DNA of 40,277 nt from Planctomycetaceae bacterium (lineage in GTDB: Bacteria > Actinomycetota > UBA4738 > HRBIN12), in assembly GCA_050257835.1 (NCBI GenBank), contig JBLMXP010000035.1:1-40277 (forward strand). Direction: 5' to 3'. Below, piece by piece: positions 27,573 through 35,150 of the stretch (the first letter of the stretch is position 1; every line of letters begins with the position of its first letter). The notes beneath the pieces were generated by a model. It was not told the origin of the DNA. It made no database searches and saw only the letters and a program-made list of their open reading frames with translations. The position numbers and the translations under genes are program-made.

Positions 27573-27733
27573 CGCCCCAGCATAGGCCCGGGTTCCGACG
27601 CCGTTGTGAGGCAGGCCGCCGTGGCGCGCGGGACCGTCCGGCCCGCCGGAGCCGGTACCGCGGACCCGGGGCGGCGCCGCGTATCGGCGACAGGCTGGCG
27701 GGTGCGGATGCCCGTCCGCCCCGGGAGGCTCCG

Positions 27734-28405
27734 ATGACGACGACGATCCCCCGACCGGTTGCCGAAGCGCGGGGGACGCCGCCCCGCGTCGGTCCTGCCG
27801 AGCGGCGCGCCGGCCTGGCGCTCGCGGGCGCCGGCATCGCGATGCTCCTGGGCATCATCACCGCCGAGGCGCTGTACCCGGCCACCTACACGACGCACGC
27901 GAACATGATCAGCGACCTCGGCGGGACCGAGCCACCGGACAGTGTCGTCCTGCAACCCTCCGCCGCGATCTTCGACGCGACGATGGTCGTGGCCGGCCTG
28001 GCGATCGTGCTCGGCGCCTGGTTCCTGTCGCGCGCGCTCGGCCGCCGCGGCGTGACGATCGCGACGGCACTGCTGGGGCTCGGCGTCCTCGGCGTCGGGC
28101 TGTTCCCCGGCGACACGGGGCAGGTCCACATGTGGTTCGCGCTGCTCGCGTTCACGAGCGGCGGCGTGGCGGCGGTGGCATCCGCGCGCGTGACGCCGCA
28201 GCCGTTGCGAACGGTCGAGGCCGCCCTGGGGGCCGCGGCGCTCGCGATGTTCCTCGCCACGTTCGTCCACGGGGGGTCGACCCCGATCGCGGACCTCGGC
28301 GATGGCGGCGCGGAGCGATGGATCGCCTACCCGGTGATCCTCTGGTTGGTGCTGTTCGGCGGGTGGCTGCTCGCCGGCGGCACGCGATCCGAACCTCGGG
28401 ACTAG
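27734..28405 (+). CDS. DUF998 family membrane protein
   Basis: 223 aa with about 6 TM segments and the ...NMISDLGG... motif typical of DUF998. RBS GGGAGG. Confidence 0.7.
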   Translation: MTTTIPRPVAEARGTPPRVGPAERRAGLALAGAGIAMLLGIITAEALYPATYTTHANMISDLGGTEPPDSVVLQPSAAIFDATMVVAGLAIVLGAWFLSRALGRRGVTIATALLGLGVLGVGLFPGDTGQVHMWFALLAFTSGGVAAVASARVTPQPLRTVEAALGAAALAMFLATFVHGGSTPIADLGDGGAERWIAYPVILWLVLFGGWLLAGGTRSEPRD

Positions 28406-28442
28406 CCTCGAGGACGGAGCGTTTCACGGGAGGGAGACCGAC

Positions 28443-28985
28443 ATGCAGACGACCGAGCTGCGAGCGACGATCGAACAGGCCAAGGACGCGATCACCGTCC
28501 GTAGGGTCTTCGGCGAGCCGTACGAGAAGGACGGCGTGACCGTGATCCCCGCCGCCCGCGTCCAGGGAGGCGCCGGCGGCGGCACCGGGGAAGGCCCGCA
28601 AGGCGAGGGCGGCTCCGGCTCCGGCAGCGGCTTCGGCGTGAACGCCAGGCCCGTCGGCGCGTTCGTGATCCGGGGCGATGAGGTCGAGTGGCGTCCCGCG
28701 ATCGACGTCAACAAGGTGATCCTCGGCGGTCAGCTGGTCGCGATCGCCGCGCTGCTGCTGATCCGCGCGGTCGTTCGGTCGCGCGAATCGGTCCTCAGGC
28801 GTCAGACCGGCATCGGCGGCGGGGGCGGCGGGACGATCGGGGAGCCCGGCATCGCGGTCGCGGCCGCCGGTCCCCGGTACGTGGCGCTGCCGAAGCTCAG
28901 GATCATCAGGAAGATCCAAGACAGGAAGATCAGCCCGAGGGTGAACCCGACGCCCTTGCCGAAGCTCTTCGACAGGTCGTTGTAA
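28443..28985 (+). CDS. GerW/YtfJ-like (Spore_YtfJ family) protein with C-terminal TM segment
   Basis: VFGEPYEKDGVTVIPAARVQGGAGGGTGEG...GSGSGSGFGVNARPVGAFVIRGDEVEWRP fits the YtfJ family pattern. RBS GGGAGGGAG. The last roughly 60 codons run antisense through the 3' end of the convergent gene. Confidence 0.7.
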   Translation: MQTTELRATIEQAKDAITVRRVFGEPYEKDGVTVIPAARVQGGAGGGTGEGPQGEGGSGSGSGFGVNARPVGAFVIRGDEVEWRPAIDVNKVILGGQLVAIAALLLIRAVVRSRESVLRRQTGIGGGGGGTIGEPGIAVAAAGPRYVALPKLRIIRKIQDRKISPRVNPTPLPKLFDRSL

Positions 28986-29233
28986 ACGAGGATGACGATC
29001 ACGACGTTCACGATCGGGATGAAGAACAGCAGCACCCACCATACGGGCCGGCCGACCACCTCGAGGAGCAGCACGAGGTTGTAGATCGGCACGAAGGCGC
29101 CCCACGCGGGCCGGCTCGCCTTCTTGAAGATGCCGTAGTAGGCCACGCCCGCCAAGATCCAGATCGCGACGAACAGGACGAGGAACAAGACGGCGGCGCC
29201 GCCGTCCGCAGGTTGGTTCGACTGCCCGACCAT
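28802..29233 (-). CDS. DUF5684 family small membrane protein
   Basis: GIFKKASRPAWGAFVPIYNLVLLLEVVGRPVWWVLLFFIPIVNVV...LSKSFGKGVGFTLGLIFLSWIF...FGSATYRGP is the DUF5684 signature. ATG 29233 is preceded by GAGGAGG. Pro-rich tail. Confidence 0.75.
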   Translation of the reverse strand: MVGQSNQPADGGAAVLFLVLFVAIWILAGVAYYGIFKKASRPAWGAFVPIYNLVLLLEVVGRPVWWVLLFFIPIVNVVIVILVYNDLSKSFGKGVGFTLGLIFLSWIFLMILSFGSATYRGPAAATAMPGSPIVPPPPPPMPV

Positions 29234-29337
29234 GGAACCTCCTCGGCTCGGTCCGCCGATCGTGCCAGCCCGTTCGGCTCGACGCACGCACCTGAGCCGA
29301 TCCTCGGCCGCGACGGTGTGCGGCTACGCTGGGACTC

Positions 29338-29949
29338 GTGAGCGCCTCCCAGCGTGGTGCCGAGACCCGTGACCGCATCGTCGAGGCGGCGTTGGAGACG
29401 GTGCGGGAGGAGGGGTTCGCCGAGACAACGGCGCGGGCGATCGCGCGGCGCGGCGGCTTCAACCAGGCCCTGATCTTCTACCACTTCGGGTCGGTCGACG
29501 CGCTCTTGATGGAGGCGTTCGCGCGGATCTCGCAGCGCACGATCGCGCACTACCGGGAGGCCGCGGCGGGCGTCTCCTCTCTGCGCGATCTCGTCGCGAT
29601 CGCGCGCCGGCTGCACGCGGAGGACCTGGAGGACGGATCGGTGACCGCGGTCACCCAGCTGATGGCGGCGGTGACCGACCCCGAGCAGGGCGGTCTGTTG
29701 CTCGACCGGTTCGACGAGTGGATCCGGCTCGTCCAGGAGGCCCTGCAGCGCGCGGCCACGCGGTACCCGGTCGCGACGATCGTCCCGACCCGCGAGGCCG
29801 CCTACGCGGTCTGCGCGATGTTCCTCGGCGTGGAGCTGATGGCCCGGCTGGACCCGTCGCGCTCGGAGGCCGAGCCGGTGTTCGACATGCTCGAGACGAT
29901 CGCCGGGCTGATCGAACAGCTTGCGCCGTCGCTGCCGTCCACGCCCTGA
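29338..29949 (+). CDS. TetR/AcrR family transcriptional regulator
   Basis: The N-terminal HTH is RDRIVEAALETVREEGFAETTARAIARRGGFNQALIFYHFGS. GTG 29338 has TACGCT (29325-29330) 7 nt upstream. Confidence 0.85.
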   Translation: MSASQRGAETRDRIVEAALETVREEGFAETTARAIARRGGFNQALIFYHFGSVDALLMEAFARISQRTIAHYREAAAGVSSLRDLVAIARRLHAEDLEDGSVTAVTQLMAAVTDPEQGGLLLDRFDEWIRLVQEALQRAATRYPVATIVPTREAAYAVCAMFLGVELMARLDPSRSEAEPVFDMLETIAGLIEQLAPSLPSTP

Positions 29950-29963
29950 TCCGGCGCCTCGGC

Positions 29964-30011
29964 TTGACAGGCTAACGGTGTTAGCCTAGGTTCGGGCTAA
30001 CAACGTTAGCC
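29964..30011 (+). promoter_or_regulatory. sigma70-like promoter with two identical-arm palindromic operators
   Basis: TTGACA (29964-29969), a 17-nt spacer, then TAGGTT (29987-29992). Operator 1 is GGCTAAC-GGT-GTTAGCC (29970-29986), inside the spacer. Operator 2 is GGCTAAC-AAC-GTTAGCC (29995-30011), at or after the predicted TSS. Their centres are 25 bp apart. The region lies upstream of the SRPBCC-TetR operon. Confidence 0.65.
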
Positions 30012-30029
30012 GAACGGGGGTCGAGAGCC

Positions 30030-30494
30030 ATGGCGTTCAGCAACCAGATCAGGTCCGAGGTCGAGATCGAGGGAACGGCCGAAGAGGCGTGGGCGGTCCT
30101 GAGCGACTTCGCCTCGTACGGGGAGTGGAACCCGGGGTTCGCGCGGATCGAGGGGCGGGCCGAGGCCGGGACGCGACTGACGATCACGTTCGCCCTGAAC
30201 GGTGGGCGGACGATGACGATGCGCCCGAGGGTGCTCGTGGCCGAGCCGGGTGGCGAGCTGCGCTGGCTCGGCAGGCTGTTCCTGCCGTGGGTCTTCGACG
30301 GCGAGCACCGCTTCGAGCTGCACGAGGACGAGCCGGGCCGGGTGCGGTTCGTCCAGGGCGAGCGGTTCCGCGGGCTGCTCGTGCCGTTCCTGCGCCGGAT
30401 GATCGAGGTCGACACGCTCGCGACGTTCGAGCGGGTGAACGCGGCGCTCGCGGCGAGGGTCGAGGAGCTGCGGAGAAGGCGGGAAGTGGCGTGA
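30030..30494 (+). CDS. SRPBCC (START/polyketide cyclase-like) family protein
   Basis: 154 aa. ...EIEGTAEEAWAVLSDFASYGEWNPGF... is the typical SRPBCC N-terminus. Confidence 0.85.
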   Translation: MAFSNQIRSEVEIEGTAEEAWAVLSDFASYGEWNPGFARIEGRAEAGTRLTITFALNGGRTMTMRPRVLVAEPGGELRWLGRLFLPWVFDGEHRFELHEDEPGRVRFVQGERFRGLLVPFLRRMIEVDTLATFERVNAALAARVEELRRRREVA

Positions 30495-31036
30495 GCCAGG
30501 CCGCTCCCACCGACGCGCGGCTCGCGCAGATCGTCGAGGCGGCGCGGGCGATCCTCGAGCAGGATGGCCGCGAGGCACTGACGATGCGCCGGGTGGCCGA
30601 CCGACTGGGGATCCGCGCGCCGTCGCTGTACAAGCACGTGGCCTCGAAGGAGGAGCTCGAGGCCCTGTTGATCGCCGAGGCCCTGCGCGGGCTCGGGACG
30701 GCGCTGCACGGCGTGCTCGACGGGCTCCCCTCGCGGGCGGGTCGGCGCCCGGCGCTCGCGGCGATCGCCGAGGTCTACCGGTCCTGGGCGCTCGCCCACC
30801 CGCACCTGTACCGGCTGTCCACCGAGGGGGAGCTGCCCCGCGCTCTCCTCCCGGAGGGCCTGGAGGCGTGGACGGCCGAGCCGCTCGTGCACGTGGCGGG
30901 AGGCCAGACGCACGCCCGGGCCGCGTGGGCGTTCGCGCACGGCATGACCGTGCTCGAGCTCGACGGTCGCTTCCCGCCCGACGCCGACCTCGACGCCGCG
31001 TGGGAGGCCGGGGTGGCGGCACTCGCCAAGGCATAG
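30491..31036 (+). CDS. TetR/AcrR family transcriptional regulator
   Basis: This is the last 181 aa of track ORF 30089..31036. The HTH is LTMRRVADRLGIRAPSLYKHVASKEEL. GTG 30491 forms a GTGA overlap with the SRPBCC stop. Confidence 0.85.
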   Translation: MSQAAPTDARLAQIVEAARAILEQDGREALTMRRVADRLGIRAPSLYKHVASKEELEALLIAEALRGLGTALHGVLDGLPSRAGRRPALAAIAEVYRSWALAHPHLYRLSTEGELPRALLPEGLEAWTAEPLVHVAGGQTHARAAWAFAHGMTVLELDGRFPPDADLDAAWEAGVAALAKA

Positions 31037-31048
31037 CGTATATGCTAT
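31033..31048 (+). promoter_or_regulatory. AT-rich near-palindrome upstream of the XRE gene
   Basis: ATAGCGTATATGCTAT is 16 bp with 7 of 8 pairs complementary. It contains the -10-like TATGCT (31041-31046) and ends 14 nt upstream of GTG 31062. Confidence 0.35.
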
Positions 31049-31061
31049 ACATGGTGACAGC

Positions 31062-31382
31062 GTGAGCGGTGGTGGTCTGATCCGCGAAGGGCGACGACGG
31101 GCTGGGCTGACCCAGGCCGAACTGGCTCGACGTCTCGGCACGACGCAGTCGGCGATCGCGCGGTTGGAGGGGCGACGGACCGAACCTTCGTACGAGCGAG
31201 TCGTGCAAGCCCTGCGCGCGTGTGGCTTCCAACTCATCCCGCAGGTCGTGGCCGACGACGACGCGGATTGGTCGGTGGCGTCGTTGAACCTGCTCGTGAG
31301 CCCCGACGAGCGGGTTCGACGCCACGGCGCCGCCCTTCGATTCGCGAAGGCGGGGCAGGAGGCGGCTCGTGGGGGAGCCTGA
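31062..31382 (+). CDS. XRE-family helix-turn-helix protein
   Basis: GLIREGRRRAGLTQAELARRLGTTQSAIARLEGRRTEPS is a canonical HTH_3 motif. GTG start. It overlaps the downstream gene by 14 nt. Confidence 0.75.
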   Translation: MSGGGLIREGRRRAGLTQAELARRLGTTQSAIARLEGRRTEPSYERVVQALRACGFQLIPQVVADDDADWSVASLNLLVSPDERVRRHGAALRFAKAGQEAARGGA

Positions 31383-31872
31383 GTTCCGGCCGGAAGCGAT
31401 CCTGGGCGTGCTCCAGGCGCACGGCGTGCGCTACGTGCTGGTGGGTGGGTTCGCCGCCGTGATCCACGGCTCCCCCTACGTGACGACCGATGTCGACGTC
31501 GTGCCGCTGGCGGATGCGGACAACCTGCAGCGTCTCTCCGATGCGTTGAAGGAGCTCCACGCGAAGGTGTGGACCTCGACGGATCCCGAGGGCTTGCCGT
31601 TCGATCATCCGCCGGCGTCGCTCGCGGCCGTGCGGATCTGGAACCTGGTCACCGACCACGGGCGGCTCGACGTCACGTTCGAGCCGAGCGGGACCCGGGG
31701 CTACGACGACCTCGTTCGCGATGCCGTTCACCTGACGATCCTCGGCATCGACGTGGACGTGGCTTCGCTCGCCGACGTGATCCGCTCCAAGGAGGCGGCC
31801 GGACGGGAGAAGGATCGTCTCGTGCTGCCCGTGCTTCGAAGGATCGCGGAAGAGGAGCGTGGGGACCGCTGA
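31369..31872 (+). CDS. minimal nucleotidyltransferase-fold protein
   Basis: 167 aa. VLVGGFAAVIHGSPYVTTDVDVV fits the NTase G-[GS]-x(9-13)-D-x-D signature. GTG start at 31369. The family-level call is tentative. Confidence 0.6.
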   Translation: MGEPEFRPEAILGVLQAHGVRYVLVGGFAAVIHGSPYVTTDVDVVPLADADNLQRLSDALKELHAKVWTSTDPEGLPFDHPPASLAAVRIWNLVTDHGRLDVTFEPSGTRGYDDLVRDAVHLTILGIDVDVASLADVIRSKEAAGREKDRLVLPVLRRIAEEERGDR

Positions 31873-31885
31873 GCTCGATACGCCG

Positions 31886-32332
31886 TCAGTCGATGGACCG
31901 GGCGTTCGTCTGGAGGCCCTCGGCCGTGTAGGCGTCGGCGTCGATCCCCCAGGACACGATCCGTCGCGGCCGGATCCGCACGAACCCCTCGACGAAGTGT
32001 GGGAACCGGGGGTTGATGGACGAGCCGCCATGCTCGTGGATCTCGGCAACGCCACGGACCTCGATCGCGCGGGCGGTGGGAGGCGGCGGCTCACGACGCG
32101 TGTCGTCCACCAGGAACGAGACGTGTGGGTTCGCCTGCATGTCGCGCCACTTCTTGCCGGAGGTGAAATCGACGCCACCGACGTCGATCGCGTCCTCCTC
32201 GGCGTTGAGCCAGAACGTCACCGGGATCACGTGCGGGCGGCCCTCGGCGTCGGCCGTCGCCAGGCGCCCGAGCGTCTGCTCCCGCAGGTACGCGATCTCG
32301 GCGGCGGTGAAGGCGCTCGGCCGGGCTCCCAT
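31886..32332 (-). CDS. PPOX-class (probable F420-dependent) oxidoreductase
   Basis: 148 aa. ...LGRLATADAEGRPHVIPVTFWL...KKWRDMQANPHVSFLVDD is typical of the actinobacterial PPOX-class F420-dependent family. Confidence 0.8.
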   Translation of the reverse strand: MGARPSAFTAAEIAYLREQTLGRLATADAEGRPHVIPVTFWLNAEEDAIDVGGVDFTSGKKWRDMQANPHVSFLVDDTRREPPPPTARAIEVRGVAEIHEHGGSSINPRFPHFVEGFVRIRPRRIVSWGIDADAYTAEGLQTNARSID

Positions 32333-32393
32333 CGGCAGATGATGGCATGGCGCCGGGGACGCGGGTCGGCCGGGGCCCGCCTACACTCCATCG

Positions 32394-33152
32394 GTGACCT
32401 CGCGCCGCGACATCGAGGCCCTCCTGTCCGAGGTGGCGGACCGGACGCTGGCGCCGGCGGACGCCGCCGACCGGCTGGCGACGCTGCCGTTCCGCGACCT
32501 CGGGTTCGCACGGGTCGACACCCACCGCGAGCTCCGTCAGGGCGCGCCGGAGGTGATCCTCGGTTCGGGCAAGACGCCGGCGCAGGCGGCCGCGATCGCG
32601 CGGGCGCTGGACGAGGCGGGTGCGTCGAGCGTCCTCGTGACCCGCGCCGAGGAGGAGATGCGCTCCGCCGTGCGCGAGGCGCTGCCCGACGCGCTCGAGG
32701 ACGAGCTGGCTCGCGCGATCTGGGTGGAGCGCGAGCCGATCGAGCGGCGCGGCCGTGTGCTGATCGTGTCGGCGGGGACCTCCGACGGCCCGGTGGTCCG
32801 TGAGGCCCGGATCCGCGCCGAGCTGCTGGGGACCCACGTCACCGTGCACGAGGACGTCGGCGTCGCGGGGCTGCACCGGCTCGCGACCGTGCTCCCCGAC
32901 CTCGAGACGGCCGACGTGGTCGTGGTGGTGGCGGGGATGGACGGCGCGCTCGCGAGCGTGGTCGGCGGGCTCGCGGCCTGTCCGGTGATCGGCGTGCCGA
33001 CGAGCGTCGGCTACGGCTCGGCCCGCGGCGGGGAGACCGCGCTGCACGCGATGCTCTGCTCCTGCGCCGACGGCCTGGCGGTGGTCGGGATCGACGACGG
33101 CCTCGGGGCCGGCTCGGTCGCGGCCCGGATCGCCCGGCGGGCGGCCGGATGA
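32394..33152 (+). CDS. larB: nickel-pincer cofactor biosynthesis protein LarB (PurE-like NaAD carboxylase/hydrolase)
   Basis: ...RVDTHRELRQGAPEVILGSGKT... and the PurE-like C-terminus VVVVAGMDGALASVVGGLAACPVIGVPTSVGYG. GTG 32394 has TACACT (32382-32387) 6 nt upstream. Confidence 0.9.
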   Translation: MTSRRDIEALLSEVADRTLAPADAADRLATLPFRDLGFARVDTHRELRQGAPEVILGSGKTPAQAAAIARALDEAGASSVLVTRAEEEMRSAVREALPDALEDELARAIWVEREPIERRGRVLIVSAGTSDGPVVREARIRAELLGTHVTVHEDVGVAGLHRLATVLPDLETADVVVVVAGMDGALASVVGGLAACPVIGVPTSVGYGSARGGETALHAMLCSCADGLAVVGIDDGLGAGSVAARIARRAAG

Positions 33153-34345
33153 CGCGGGTCGCCTACCTCGACTGCGTGGGCGGGGTCGCCGGCGACATGC
33201 TCCTTGCCGCGCTCCTGGACGCCGGCGCGCCGCAGGACGCGCTGCACGACGCCGTGCGGGCGCTCGGGTTCGCCGACGTGAAGGTCGAGGTGGAGCCGGT
33301 GCGCCGCCACGGCGTCGCGGCGACCCAGGTCCGCGTGCTCGAGGGGGCGCCGCTCCCCGATCGCCGCGCGGCGGCGCTGCTCGACCTCGTGGCGTCGGCC
33401 GCGCTCGCGCCGCGCACGCGCGAGCGCGCGCTGGCGGCGCTGGAGCGGCTGGCCGGCGCGGAGTCGTCGATCCACGGCCTGCCCGTGGAGGAGCTCGTCC
33501 TGCACGAGGTCGGCGGCGCCGACACGCTGGTCGACGTCGTGGGCGCGTTCGCGTTGCTCGACGCCCTCGCGATCGACGACCTGGTCTGCTCGCCGATCCC
33601 CTACGCGCGGGGCGTGATCGAGACCGCTCACGGCGCGATCCCCGGTCCGGGGCCGGCGGTGCTCGCGCTGCTGGAGGGCTGCCCGGTCGTGGGCGTGGAG
33701 GCCGAGGCCGAGCTCGTGACGCCCACCGGCGCGGCGATCGTCGCGACGGCGTCGTCGTCGTTCGGCGAGTGCCCGCCGATCACGCTGGAGCGGGTCGGCT
33801 ACGGCGCGGGTGCGCGGGAGCTCCGCTCCCGCCCGAACCTCTTGCGCGTGGCGCTCGGCACCCGGGCCTCGGCGCCGGGGACCGCCGAGGTGGTCCTGCT
33901 CGAGGCGAACCTCGACGACCTGGTTCCCGAGCTCGTGCCCGACGTGGCCGAGGCGTGCCGCGCCGCCGGCGCGCTCGACGTGTGGACGTTGCCGGCGCAG
34001 ATGAAGAAGGGACGCCCCGGCGTGGTGGTGAGCGCGATCGCTCGCCCGGAGGCGGAAGGGGCGGTCGCCCGCGCGCTGCTCGTGCACTCGACGACGCTCG
34101 GCGTCCGCGCGACGCCGCTGCGCCGCTACGAGCTGGAGCGCGCCGCGCGCGAGGTGAGCGTCGCTGGGCATCCGGTCCGCGTGAAGGTCGGGATCTTGGA
34201 CGGGCGTGTGGTGAACGTCGCGCCCGAGCACGACGACTGCGCCGAGGTCGCGGCCGCGACCGGCCGGCCCGTCAAGCAGGTCTGGGCGCAGGCGCTCGCC
34301 GCGGCGGAGGCGTTCGAGGGTGGGGACCGTGGCAACGCTCGCTGA
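33149..34345 (+). CDS. larC: nickel insertion protein LarC
   Basis: MTRVAYLDCVGGVAGDMLLAALLDAG... is the LarC (DUF111) N-terminal signature. ATGA overlap with larB. Confidence 0.9.
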   Translation: MTRVAYLDCVGGVAGDMLLAALLDAGAPQDALHDAVRALGFADVKVEVEPVRRHGVAATQVRVLEGAPLPDRRAAALLDLVASAALAPRTRERALAALERLAGAESSIHGLPVEELVLHEVGGADTLVDVVGAFALLDALAIDDLVCSPIPYARGVIETAHGAIPGPGPAVLALLEGCPVVGVEAEAELVTPTGAAIVATASSSFGECPPITLERVGYGAGARELRSRPNLLRVALGTRASAPGTAEVVLLEANLDDLVPELVPDVAEACRAAGALDVWTLPAQMKKGRPGVVVSAIARPEAEGAVARALLVHSTTLGVRATPLRRYELERAAREVSVAGHPVRVKVGILDGRVVNVAPEHDDCAEVAAATGRPVKQVWAQALAAAEAFEGGDRGNAR

Positions 34346-35150
34346 GCTCGAGGCGGCGGTCGGGCGCGCCGGCAGCGCGATCGTCGCGTTCTCCGGAGGG
34401 GTCGACTCCTCGCTGGTCGCGGCGGTCGCCGCCCGGGTCCTGGGGGACAGGGCGCTCGCGGTGACCGCGGTGTCGCCGGCGCTCGCGAGCGGCGAGCTCG
34501 ACGGCGCGCGCTCGGTGGCGGCCGCGATCGGCGTCGCGCACGAGACGATCACCACCGACGAGCTCGCGCGCGAGGGGTACCGTCGCAACGGCTCGGACCG
34601 CTGCTACCACTGCAAGACCGAGCTGTACGAACGGCTCGGCGCGCTCGCGGAGGCGCGCGGGTTCGACGCCCTGTACTCCGGCGCGAACGTCGAGGACCTC
34701 GGCGACTGGCGGCCGGGGCTGCGCGCGGCGGCCGAGCACGGTGTGCGCCACCCGCTCGTCGAGGCGGGGTTCGGCAAGACCGACGTGCGTGCGCTCGCGC
34801 GCGAGCTGTCCGTCCCGAGCGCCGACAAGCCCGCGATGCCCTGCCTCGCCTCGCGGCTGCCGTTCGGCACGGTGGTCGAGCCCGAGGTCCTGGCCAAGGT
34901 CGATCGGGCCGAGCGGGCGCTGCGGGCGCTCGGCTTCCACGAGCTGCGGGTCCGGCATCTCGGCGCGACGGGTCGGGTGGAGCTCGGCGTCCAGGACCTG
35001 ACGCGAGCGCTCGAGCGGGACCGGGCCGCGGTGGAGGCGGCGGTGCTCGCGGCCGGCTACACGACCGTGGAGATCGACCCGGAACCGTTCCGTTCGGGGA
35101 CGCTCACGCGCGGGCTCCGGACCCCGCTCCCGATCCTCGGCGCTCGCTGA
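34320..35150 (+). CDS. larE: ATP-dependent sulfur transferase LarE (PP-loop)
   Basis: PP-loop AFSGGVDSS; CYHCK; AMPCLASRLPFG. The start is GTG 34320 or GTG 34329, either of which overlaps the larC 3' end by 17-26 nt. Confidence 0.9.
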   Translation: MGTVATLAELEAAVGRAGSAIVAFSGGVDSSLVAAVAARVLGDRALAVTAVSPALASGELDGARSVAAAIGVAHETITTDELAREGYRRNGSDRCYHCKTELYERLGALAEARGFDALYSGANVEDLGDWRPGLRAAAEHGVRHPLVEAGFGKTDVRALARELSVPSADKPAMPCLASRLPFGTVVEPEVLAKVDRAERALRALGFHELRVRHLGATGRVELGVQDLTRALERDRAAVEAAVLAAGYTTVEIDPEPFRSGTLTRGLRTPLPILGAR

